Assembly (NCBI RefSeq): GCF_009914755.1
Contig: NC_060932.1
Direction: 5' to 3' (one strand)
Length of the DNA: 64,000 bases
DNA from: the human T2T-CHM13v2.0 reference genome, Homo sapiens
Below are positions 1 through 12,128 of the stretch, piece after piece. Position numbers and translations under genes: made by a program. The notes under the pieces are model-generated. The model was not told where the DNA came from. It searched no databases and saw only the letters and a list, made by a program, of their open reading frames with translations. Position 1 is the stretch's first letter. The number at the start of each line of letters is the position of its first letter.

Positions 1-487
1 TATTATAACTGTTTATTCAGCCTCAATGTCTCCTATGAGTAAATCTTACAAAAAGCAAAATTTAAAGTGTCAGCTCTAAAACTTAGTCATCTCATTTCCA
101 GTGCATAAGATCAGTTGTTTAAAAGAGAGCAACGATGGAGCTAAAATAAAGGCTAAAGCTAGCAGTTAAATCTCGACTGCTAAAAGGCACCCAGTACTCT
201 ATAACTCAGAGATACTCCAGGATGGAGGGGGCTTTTTCTAATATCAATATTCATTAACACCCACATTTCCAAAGCAGCAACCCATATTTTGGATTTTTTG
301 ATGTTTCTTCTTTAAAGTAAACACCAGGGCAAAATCCAGAGTAAAGTTTATACATTCATTGGAGAGAGAAACAGAGATCAAAGGGAAAAGAACACACACA
401 TTCTTTGGATGAGAACTCTCTCCCTTTTCAACACTGATGTGTTTCATCAGGAGTTTGTGGGCAGAATAGAAGATGAAACATACTTAC

Positions 488-493
488 CTTCAT
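488..493 (-). CDS. Candidate alternative first-exon coding end (MK, phase 0)
   Basis: Minus strand ttgctaATGAAG|GTAAGTATG, a near-perfect donor at 487, in repeat-free sequence; same phase as 3522-3560; weak Kozak context. Confidence 0.4.
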
Positions 494-2639
494 TAGCAAG
501 TTTTACACACATAACTGTATTTCAGTTTTCCATCAAATAAATCCTTTAACATGCATATTGTTTAGTTTTAATGATAATGGCAGCAATAGCTTAACAATTA
601 GAGCTTATCTTTAGTTTAAAAGCTTGCAAAAGAAAACACTATTGACACTGCACAGCACATTTTAAAAAATCAATGTTTGCACACCCAGCACAGCAAAAAA
701 TAAAAAAATTGTTGTTAAAATCTCAAAGAGAAAATAGTTTATCCCAAATAAAGATAAATTATCAGAATCTTTCTTTCTTAAAACCTGAGGTAAGCAGCTT
801 CACCTAACAATGACACTGATCATCTAAAACTAAGCTAAACTATATTTTTATACTTTTATGCACATTTATTTATGTATCAAACCCCAGTAAACATTTTTTG
901 TATATTTAAAGCATCATAAAAACCAAAGTTCTGTGTGGATGTGTTTTAATGTAAGCATTATTAGATGATAAGAAAAGTCAAAACATGCAAATAATGCCAA
1001 AAACAAGTATCCTAGCTTTTTTCTTCCCTCTCTCCACTGATCACACCGGGAGGCTCTTCAGCAAGAAGCCACCAGAGACTAACTTGAACTGGAATGTCTA
1101 GGAAACCAAGCCAACCAACTCCGCTAAAAACAAGAAATCTAGACAAGTTATTCCACGCGCACTGCATCCATCTCTACAAACTGTATATATTTCAGAAGGA
1201 TTCCACAGCCTTCGTATTCCACAAGTGTAGTCAAAACTGCCAACATAAATTTATTCCCAAAACTGGAGGATCTCAAACATTTTCTAATAAGGCTTGACTA
1301 CATCTCCTCACTTGCCAGTTTTGACCCTCAAAAGTAGCTTGTCCTTGACATAATTTCTCAACAACCTCAATAGATCCTTGTATCTAACATGCCTTCATTT
1401 CTTCCCAGTCAGTCATTGCCAATATACCCCCTCATGCCCAAACCTTTCCAGTTCCCTACCCTCTGCTGCCAGAGCACTAAGTCCAGTACACTCTGGCTAT
1501 GAGGATCTCTGGATTATCTGTGCAGGAGTAGTGACATTAAGCTGAGATCTTCTACTAATTCTAGACATAAGTTTCCCCAGTGGGTTTGCTCTTTTGCTGA
1601 TTTAAACAACAATGTATTGGCACTGGGGTTCAGAGTGGGATAAGCTAGGAAACTAAAGGGATTTCAGGGGAAAGAATCACCCCAAATCATTTCTCCCTTC
1701 CATTTCTCTTAACAGAACGCTCTCTTCTGTGTCATACCCTAAAGTTAACCAAAAAATAATCTGGATACTCCACCTCTGCATAAAACACAGATCACAATCA
1801 TTATCATACATTCTTCTTCGCATCTCAGATAAAACCTACCCCTTCTCCCAAGAGACTGGGATGCTTGGGAAAGAGAAGTAGGGAATCTTTGCAAACATAA
1901 AGGCAATGTGTCCAATCGGAGTAGAGCAGAGAGATAAGAGGAAACTTCTAGCCCAGGCCAAGGTCTACTGACTATGATCTTGGCAAAAACACAGAAACTT
2001 GTTGGCCAACTTTAAACGAAGCATCAAATCTGCCTCCTCCCTACTTCCCTTTGCCCAGGGAACTCAGTCTTCGGTGGAAGTGGTGTTCTAGGTCTTCTCA
2101 CTGTCCTCCCTCCGTCCTGGACTGCATCTACAGTCAGTGGCAGGGCGATTCTGGCAGGCGCCACTGTTCTCTGTCCCTCCTTCCTTCCCCGTCTATGCAA
2201 TCTGGGGCGCCTGGAGAACTGGGCTCCTGCGTGCCCCCTGGCCAGGGCACAGGACAGGCTGCAGACAGAGGCTTTGGAGCTCTGCAGGGGATTTTGCAGC
2301 CTGCCTAGCTTGTCGGATAAACCCATTTCCTTGACATTTCAGGGCAAACCTCTATTCGTCGTTTCTCCAGCGGGTGGGGGGGTGCCTAAACATTCTCACT
2401 GATCAAAGAAGCCAGAATCCATCTGAACCTCTGAAATAGTAGAACGTACCAAATGCCTAGGGGTAAAGAAGGGTGGAGGATTTCAATAAAAGAGGTGCTT
2501 CCAGTGTCGCCCCCTTTCCCGCTTTTTCGTTTACGGTGAGCGGGACATTTAAAGTATTTTGTGGTTTGTTGGTTTTTTAAAGTTTTTATTTATTGTGTGT
2601 ATATAAATATATAATTTTTTTTTCTTGAAGGGAAGCAGG

Positions 2640-3715
2640 CAGAGGTGCCCATAGGCAGAGGGGCGCGTTGTCACCCCGGATGCTCCCTCCGGGCAGGCCC
2701 TCACGGCCAAGCAGGGGACCCCAGAGGGAGAGGGCGCGGCGCGGGGAACCCGCGGAGCGGCGGGGGGCTCCAGGCTGGTGGGAGACCGTGTGCGGCCGGA
2801 GCCTCCGCAGATGCCGCCCCTACCAGCCCGGCTCCCGCCTCCCCGCCCCCTGCCCGAGTCCCCGGACCTGCTCCCGCGCCTGGGGCTAGGGCAGGCTAGC
2901 CGTCCCCGGCAGCGGGGGTACCTCTCCAGCCCCTGCACTGCAACTGCGGGAGGAAACACTGCCCGCGGGCGGTGGGAGGGAAAAGGGGTCTCACGAAGTT
3001 CTGGGATAAAAACGGGCTGTCGCTGCAGATGCCTCTGTCACGCGAATCTCCGAGCGGAAATGCACTGTCCCCGTGCCGGGCTGGGGCACAGGCGGGATCG
3101 GAGCCGGGAAGAGGAGGCAAAGTGGCGGCGCAGCTCGGACAACTTTGCTGGGAAAGCAGGCGACAGCGGGCAGAGCTGGTGCCGCTGCCCCCCCCCCGGG
3201 GAGACGAGCCGGCAAGAGGCGCAGGGTCTGCACCCCAAATGCTGCCGTCACGGACCAGGAGGAGGACGGGGTGGCCGCTGGCGGGAGGAGCAGGCGGGGA
3301 GGGCGCCCAGCCCGGGAGTGCAGCCTAGCTCGGGAGAACCACCCTCCGTGTCCTCGGCCCCAGCAGGGGCGCCTGCGCCCGGGTGCGCGTCCCCCCAACG
3401 CCCCCTCGTCGTCCCGCGGGACCACCAACTACTCCGCGCCGCTGGAGGAGCCGCGGGAAGGAGAGGGGAGAGCAGGGAGCGCCGAGAAGCGGCCGCGAAG
3501 CCCGCCCGGACCGGCACGTACCTTGAGCTCCTCAATGTCCAGGTTCGTTGATCTGTCCATGGAGCGCAACTAAACGAAGTGGAGAGGAACCGGGCGAGTG
3601 GCACCCAAAAACAATCTAGTCTTTTAGTTTCCAGCTTAAACTCAGCTTTATCCTCCTCCAAGCCCCGGCAGCTCCTCTCAGTCTCATTCTCCGTGGTCAC
3701 GCCGCCTCCACCGGG
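2640..3715. promoter_or_regulatory. CpG island / promoter-first-exon region of a minus-strand gene
   Basis: Abrupt rise in GC and CpG density (many CGCG, CCGG, GC boxes such as CCCCGCCCC near 2841) against an AT-rich, CpG-depleted background; no recognisable repeats; contains the exon at 3522-3560. Confidence 0.92.
3522..3560 (-). CDS. First coding exon portion (MDRSTNLDIEELK, phase 0) of an unidentified minus-strand gene; later exons lie left of the window
   Basis: Minus strand reads ctccATGGAC...CTCAAG|GTACGT: +4 G context, in-frame TAG 12 nt upstream of the ATG, 13 open codons, canonical donor at 3521, inside the CpG island. Absent from the ORF track because it is short. Confidence 0.7.
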
Positions 3716-4033
3716 TTAAAAATGAGGAAAATAAATAAATAATAATGATAATTCACTTTGTTTTACTTCCTCAAAGATTTAGTGACAGGTGATCTCTACC
3801 GCGGTGCAACACAGCTGAGTCGATTGAAACAGGGGCCAAAAGAAAAAAGGAAAAAAAAATCCACTCTATTTAAGATTATTTCTTCTTCTGCAATAAGCTT
3901 AGAACCCAGCGAATTGCTGCATCCCGAGAAAAAAAGCTGCTTCCCTGGTCAGCATCATGCGGCAAATTTCAAGCAAATGTGTTCAAACTGAAGAGAAGAG
4001 TGTATGATAAAAGGCTTCCTCCGTCAGGCTTAC

Positions 4034-4066
4034 TCTGGTAGGTAATTTAGCTCCAGTCCCAGGCAT
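4034..4066 (-). CDS. Candidate alternative first-exon coding end (MPGTGAKLPTR, phase 0)
   Basis: Minus strand ttgctaATG CCT GGG ACT GGA GCT AAA TTA CCT ACC AGA|GTAAGC; 11 open codons; lies downstream (minus sense) of a CT-rich tract at ~4250-4290. Confidence 0.3.
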
Positions 4067-5199
4067 TAGCAATGATCAGTTTCCCCGGCAAGATAACAGA
4101 ATCCCCGAAGTCCTGCATAGACTTAAAAAATGTCTTGTAGCTGAGAGGTATTTTCTCAGTGGGGAAAAGAAGATAATCAAGTCAGAAGGGAACGTTCTCC
4201 TTTGAAGGTTATGCTAAAAGAGTTGAGGGAATAGGAGGTGGATCCAACGGAGAGAAAAAGAGGGAGAGAAAGAGAGAGGGAGAGAAAAATTTTCCTCCTG
4301 CTTCGCTGTTTTACTGGCCTTCACCACCAGGTGACTGACTTCGCTTCTCTCTTCCCACAGCCAACACTAAGGGGATTTCTCTCATCTGTCAAAAAGCAAC
4401 ATTTCCTCTCCAGACAAATACTATCGCTGGGTCTTAAAGCCTGCCCTGTGTCCGGAATCCACTAGGTGACAATCATTTTAATTCATTGCGTACATTGCTT
4501 CATCTTCCTGCAGATCTGGGAGGAACATGCTTGTGTGTATCACCCACATGTATTTAAATATACTCACTTCAGATCTCTGCTGCTTTCAGCATCAGATTTT
4601 TTAATTTAAAAAAGACTTTTATAGAAAGTGACAGATAAGAATATTAAAGGAAATTTCCTGGAACGATGCTTCTTATGATAAAGCAGTCTTTTATTAGAAA
4701 ATTGTTCTTTACATAGATTCTGACAGGTCAGTGCATTTAACTTGTAGGTTGTAGATTTGGGGAAAGGGCTCGTTTTCTTCATTTAAATGTCTCAGTGTAA
4801 AACTTGACTTTTGAAGCGTTTTAAAGACTCTTGTTTTATTATGACACATAAACTATTGAGACTTAAAGATGTTTACAGATTTGGAAACAGAGCTGTATAA
4901 ATACTTTTGTTTCAAAAAAAAAGTGTTTCTTTTTTTAGGATTTAATATGCACATTCCAGTCTCATGGTCTCTCTCTAACATCATCTCCGTCCTCTGCCTC
5001 CCTGAATTCCAGCCACCTAGTCTATTGGTCCACCTGCCAGTACTGGCTCTTTAATTCCCATTCTTGCCCCCTCGTTAAGGACAGCTGTCTCTCCCCCTAG
5101 TTCTTTATAGTTTTAACACTTCTGCTTCTGACTAAAGTCACCTGAGCAGAGAAAAATTTTTCTCAGGTGAGTCTGTCAGATATTCTCCTTTATCCTCTT

Positions 5200-5385
5200 G
5201 TCGTAGCAGCATTCTTAATTTACCATTATTTAATGTATGCTGTTATTATCCGTTTGTTTGTTTGACTCCTCCAATAGACTATAAACTCTTGAAGGCATGT
5301 TCTGGACGGTTCTTATTCACCAAATGTCCCAAGAGCCAAGCAGCTAATAAGCACACAAATGTGCATGGAACAGATAAATGTGTGG
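5200..5385 (+). mobile_element. L2 LINE 3' fragment
   Basis: gactataaactcttgaaggca...ttcttattcacc resembles the L2 3' end. Confidence 0.55.
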
Positions 5386-5843
5386 AAAGAAACCTTTACA
5401 GTTAATATTCTAATGTCTGAAACCCTGATGACTCCCCTCCTCCCCTCACCGGCACCAATGGAGCACATCCCAGTTTTTCTCCTTCTACTTTGCAGCTAAG
5501 CCTGGAGGGCTCAGCTTTCTCATGGAGGATGTCCATTTCATTAGTTTAAGCCTAGTCTATTCCATGCACTTGCCTAAGCTATCTTTCTTTCAAACTTTGA
5601 CTTCTGACTACAGCTTTTAAGATTAACATCAAGTAGCCAAAAGTCCATAATGAGTAGGGCCAAACATCAGATTCTCAAAATAAACTTCATGTGCTTATAA
5701 GACATAATTATTTTGCATAATATATGATGAAAAATAATAAAGGTTCAGGCTGAGAGTAGATGAACTTATATAAGACTTTTAACTCTAAAAAAGAGCTTCT
5801 CTTCTAGAAAGTATCAACAATTCAACATGAACAAAGATAACTA

Positions 5844-5923
5844 CTAGGATGATGCAAAAGTAATGGCAGTTTTTGCCACTGAAAGTAATGGCAGAAAACA
5901 CAATAACTTTTGCACCAACCTAA
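5844..5923. mobile_element. MADE1 (Hsmar1-derived 80-bp palindromic MITE)
   Basis: ctaggatgatgcaaaagtaatggcagtttttgcc...ggcagaaaacacaataacttttgcaccaacctaa; 80 bp, inverted repeats, TA at 5842-5843 and 5924-5925. Confidence 0.92.
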
Positions 5924-6217
5924 TACATAGGCTTTTGAAAGTCAAGTCTTTCCATATGAAAGAATTTGAAATTCCCTGTCAACTAGTCATTGCCTAACTT
6001 TAGAAAATTGAATAAAACAAGCAAATTTATTTTGAACATATTAGCAAACTGATATTATTTAAGGTAAGTTTTCAATTTGCAGTTGTGAAAATGTAGTTCA
6101 AGGAAGGTATCCATAGAAAAATGTTGATGTTTAAATATTATTCACAAAGGGAAAACTGCAGTTTCTTAATATGACATATTATAGTTGAAAGAAAAAATGA
6201 TATTGTTCTTAATTTTA

Positions 6218-6248
6218 TGTGTGTGTATATATATATATATATATATAG
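6218..6248. repeat. (TG)n(TA)n microsatellite
   Basis: Read directly. Confidence 0.9.
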
Positions 6249-6327
6249 ACTCTAATTTATCTGTAGTGAATTTTAAAATATGAAATTATATCCAACATTT
6301 GATGTTGACCAGACTGGCATTATAAGC

Positions 6328-7031
6328 CAGTGGTCCCCAAATGATATGGCTTCTGGGTCCCCATAGAAATCTCATCTTGAATTTTCCCTCCCATAATTCC
6401 CACATGTTGTGGGAGGGAACTAGTGGGAGATAACTGAGTCGTGGGGGTGGTTTCCCCCATGCCCTTCTCATGGTAGTGAATCAGTCTCGCGAGATCTGGC
6501 GGTTTTATAAGGGGAAACCCCTTTTGCTTGGTTCCCACTCTCTCTCACCGCCTCCAGGTGAGAAGTGCGTTTCGCCTCCCGCCATGATTGTGAGGTCTCC
6601 CCAGCCACGCAGAACCGTGAGTCCATTAAACCTCTTTTTCTTTATAAATTACCCATTATCGGTTATGTCTTTATCATCAGTGTAAAAACGAACTAATACA
6701 CCAACATTTTTGGCATCAGGGACCAGTTTCATGGAAGACAGTTTTTCCACAGATGCATGGCACAGGATACAGGGGAAGGTTTTGGAATGAGACTGTTCCA
6801 CCTCTGATCATCAGGCATTAGTTAAATTGTCATAAGGAGTGCACAGCCTAGATCTCTGGCGTGCACAGTTCATAATAGGGGGGTGCTCCCATGAGAATCT
6901 AATGCCCCCACTAATCTGACAGCAGGCAGAGCTCAGGTGGTACTGAGTGCTAACCCACCCACCACTCCCCTCCTGCTGTGTGGCCTAGTTCGTAACAGGT
7001 CACAGATGGTCAGGGGCTTAGGAGACCTCTG
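6328..7031. mobile_element. MER1B-like hAT-Charlie element split by a THE1 LTR
   Basis: Termini cagtggtccccaa and ggagacctctg; internal tttttggcatcagggaccagtttcatggaagac; 8-bp TSD-like ttataagc (6320-6327) / acataagc (7032-7039). Confidence 0.85.
6342..6700 (+). mobile_element. THE1 (THE1C-like) MaLR solo LTR
   Basis: tgatatgg...actaataca termini; aggggaaaccccttttgcttgg segment; 5-bp TSD ccaaa/ccaac. Confidence 0.9.
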
Positions 7032-8528
7032 ACATAAGCGATAGAAACAATTAGTGATTTCCAAATCAATTCCATATTTGGGTGCAATTACATGTCTATA
7101 AAGCGAGTGATTTCCAAGTCTATCACTATTTCATGAACTCCCATGCAAACTCATTAGGCTGAATATTTCTAAAACCAAAAACAATTACAGTTGATCACAA
7201 AAGTAAGAATTGCCAAAACATTTATATGACCTTTTAAGACAATCAGGACTCAGTTCCACTTCATCTGACATACGACTAGATGGCACAACTTTCAGAAAAT
7301 TGAATCACTTTAAAGACATTTGAAATGAAGGCAATGGAAGGACGAGGAAGTGAATTGAGGAAAGGAGTATTTTCTAGATGTCCTGAGTCACAACTTCAGG
7401 ACAAAGACAGCTACCCATGGCTGTGGAGGAAATCGTGCTGGCATATAGCAGAGTATGTGAAAGCGGCAAGATTCAGTTAGCAAACATGTACAATTCACAG
7501 GCAAACTGCAAGAGTAATTACACCTCCTGAGCAAGGGGAAGGAAGTGTGGAAACACCTGCAGGTCATGAGATGTTACATTTCAGGATCATTGGTCCATAG
7601 ATACGTTCATCAATGTCGCCTATCATCATAAAGTATTAAAGCAAATGTACCCCTGTCTCTATGAGTTTTTTTTTTCTTTAACTGATTTACAGAAGTGGGG
7701 AACTTGTACATACATATCCTTTTTTCCAGTAGACAATATAATTCTTAATAATAATCTATGGCTTAAAAGCACTTGAAGAGTTTCAAATTTTGTAGGCCTT
7801 TTTACTCCCCTTGTCTAACTCTCTTGCCAAGTTTACAATTTTATGCATTTATGTGGATTTCCATACTGCACTATATCACATGACCATATTTTATTTCTAT
7901 TTTCTGAAATCATTAAACAGAGAATTAATGTATCATGATTCATTAAAATAAATAATTCACATAGTTGTCACTAGTTTATTTCTAGTGATTAGCATTTGTA
8001 TCCTCCATATGATCTAAATTCTTGCCTCAGAAAGGGATTATTTCTTAGAAATGTTACTATATATTCCATGAGGTTTTTAAAATTACATACTAAAAAATGC
8101 TGAAATACAAATTGTTGCGTTGTTTTTACTTTTAATGAGTAAGATAGGTAATTGTTAATATGTGAACAGATGAGGAAACACAAATGACCCATTAACATTG
8201 TGATATAGTTATAAAGGGTATCCTTTGGCCTTTCTAAAAAAAATGATCACCTGTTATAATACAGATGTACATTTTTCTTTTAAAAATGTTTAAATTAACT
8301 TTCCAAAAATTTGAAACTGGAAGCATTTCTCTCTTTCCTTTATAAATTTAATGGACAAAAATTTTGGCAAATGTATATTTTTAGTTAAAAATTTTAACCA
8401 GCTACTTAGCCATATATGATTTCAAAGGCAGCTCAGGCATGAGAATACATATCTTTGTATAGCATAGATTATAATGGTCTATAAAAGATAATGGGGATCT
8501 GTTTTTCAGAATTTAAAGAGAATAGTGA

Positions 8529-8873
<345 letters not shown>

Positions 8874-9121
8874 AAAAACCATTATTTATTGGAGTTCAGA
8901 GTCATGAACATTGCTAATTATAGTTTGAAGATTTAAAAATAACTACCCCCGCCCGCCGCCAGAAAAGCTAAACTTCTTGCAGAGTGTAAGAACAAGTCTA
9001 TACACACACTGCAAATAGCATGATGGAAACTTGAATTAAAGTAATAATAAAAAATAAAGTAATAATTAAAATGAAAGAGAAGCATGCAGCCCACATCAAA
9101 AAGTATCACATTGCAAATTTA

Positions 9122-9800
<679 letters not shown>

Positions 9801-9883
9801 TTGTGATCTTACTGTTAGAAAAAAGGAAAGATTTTTTATCCCATTTTCATGCTGACTGTATAAGTTGGCTCGTTTCTGTTTAA

Positions 9884-10215
<332 letters not shown>

Positions 10216-11233
10216 GAATTTTTTAAACTAACCTTTTGAAAGGAAATTACTTTTCTGAGAATATTTTTTATTTTAGCAGAAGAACCTAAAACCATTATGT
10301 CATCCCCCAACACGTGCAGAAATGATAAACCAATGCAATAACAACAACAATAACATCTTCATGAACTGTAAGCCTTTCCACGGGTTCTACCGGCATCAGT
10401 CCTGCAAGAAATGGAGTAATATGAGGGGCAGGACTGAGATACGAAGACAGAGGGGAAAAAACTGTAACTGATTCTAAAAGAAAGATCTTAATAGCCAGGA
10501 AGAACTGAAACTAGTATTGGCTTTGAGTGGAGTACTTTTGCAGCAGCAAAAATAAAGTCTAAGGAATTTGCAAGAAAAATACTTAAGGCGATTAAATTCT
10601 AAAACAGTACTCTTGCTTTCAGTTGTCTTCTATTTTGGAAATTTTCCTAGTCTGAGGATGACAATAAATGATAGCATAAAATAGAAAATGATTTCTGTTT
10701 CTGGTCTGTTTATTGGCACATGATTTTTATTTGAAACTTGTTTTTAGGCAGTTAGTTAATGGGACATCTCTCCTTACTCCCATGCCTGCATTAAATAAAA
10801 TAAAATAAATGAAATGAAAAAGGAATAAAAATATGTTTAATAAATTAATCTCTTATGATTTACTTTTAAGTTATTGATTAAATATAAAATTGAATTCTAA
10901 AGAAGATGCCATAAGTAGATAATAATAATGAAATTTTTGATGAGTCTTTTTCAGCCCTGTCTTATTTGGGGGAGTGGGGTGGGATAGGGTCCAAAAACTT
11001 GCCAAACTTAAATGTTAAGACTGTCTGTTGGTAGTCAGTTTCTTGTCATCATCAATATATACTATTGCCATGGACATTTAGTAATGTTGACAATTTTCTC
11101 TAAGAGAATTTTATTCTTTTGGTAACTGTTAAATATTCTTATTGTATATGAAGTTCTTTGAAATCCTCCCGGGACATAGAATGAAAAGTAAAAGACAAAA
11201 GTTACAATATTGTGTTTTGTAAAACTGTCATTG

Positions 11234-11500
11234 ACTCACTTATAAGTGGAGCTAAACAGTGGGTATGCGTGGACCTACAGAGTGGGATGATAGACATTGG
11301 AGACTCCAAAAAGTGTCAGGGCGAGAAGGAGGTGAGGCTTGAAAAATTACATATTGGTTACAACATTAACTATTCAAGGGACAGATTCACTAAAAGCCCA
11401 GGCCTCATCACTTCACAATATATGCATGTAAGATGTCTGTACCTCTACCCTCTAAATCTATAAAAATGAAAATACTGTTTAGAAAATTGGAAGAAAAAAA
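11234..11500 (+). mobile_element. 5'-truncated L1 3' end (L1PB/L1MA-like)
   Basis: ctcacttataagtggagctaaac...ctaaatctataaaaat plus A-rich tail; TSD-like aaaactgtcattgact (11221-11236) / aacactctcattgact (11501-11516). Confidence 0.8.
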
Positions 11501-12128
11501 AACACTCTCATTGACTTGCTTAAAAAAAAAAGTCAGAAAGGCAAAATGAAGGATCATGGAGCTGTGAGTTGCCTGGGATCATCTACCTTGCATGACAAAC
11601 TATGGTTACTTCCAGTGGTCACAAATCGCTTCATGAGCCGTGGCGACATGGAAGCCCCATGCAGCGTGATACTGCCTGGGTTCCATTCCCACTCTGCCCA
11701 TTGGTGACTATTTTGAGAAGATCGAGTTAGGGAGCATGTATTTGAGTTTTTTAAAGCCTAATTATGTGTGACAATTTTGTTCCATAAACTGATACACTGT
11801 TGATATTGAACTGAGGGTACCTGCCCCACAAACTGCAGCCTGGCTAATGCCTTACATCAGAATCACAAGCAGTTTCCTAAAGAGCTCAGGAACATCTCTC
11901 TTTGTCTTAATTAACAATCAAATGGGATATGTTTTGGCAAAAACTTCTAGGCAGGAAAGAGTTCATTTCCACCATGTGGCATTGTGGCTTCTTTCCTTAT
12001 TAACTTTTTTTTTCTTTCTTTCCTTATTATCATTAAACTTTTCCTGCTCTGAATGCAGTCAGCTCTACCTCCCTAAGATTTGACTTTTTTTTCCTGGTGC
12101 TCCTCAAACTATATCAAGACTACAAACT

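Noticed and set aside
488-3560. Assigning a gene symbol
   Set aside because: I do not reliably recognise MDRSTNLDIEELK; a BLAT or peptide search is needed
3535-3573. Plus-strand MSRFVDLSMERN resembling the UGP2 N-terminus
   Set aside because: It is the antisense of the better-supported exon, stops after 12 codons and has no donor; coincidental
2549-3700. Long overlapping ORFs on both strands, up to 257 aa
   Set aside because: Pro/Arg/Gly/Ala-rich products expected from stop-poor GC-rich DNA; several begin at non-ATG codons; no recognisable domain
4562-4600. Minus-strand donor GAA|GTGAGT with an upstream ATG
   Set aside because: The frame hits TGA just before the donor; at most a non-coding exon, with no further support
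7273-7286. CTCF-like CGACTAGATGGCAC
   Set aside because: Mismatch at a highly conserved C; a single motif without supporting context
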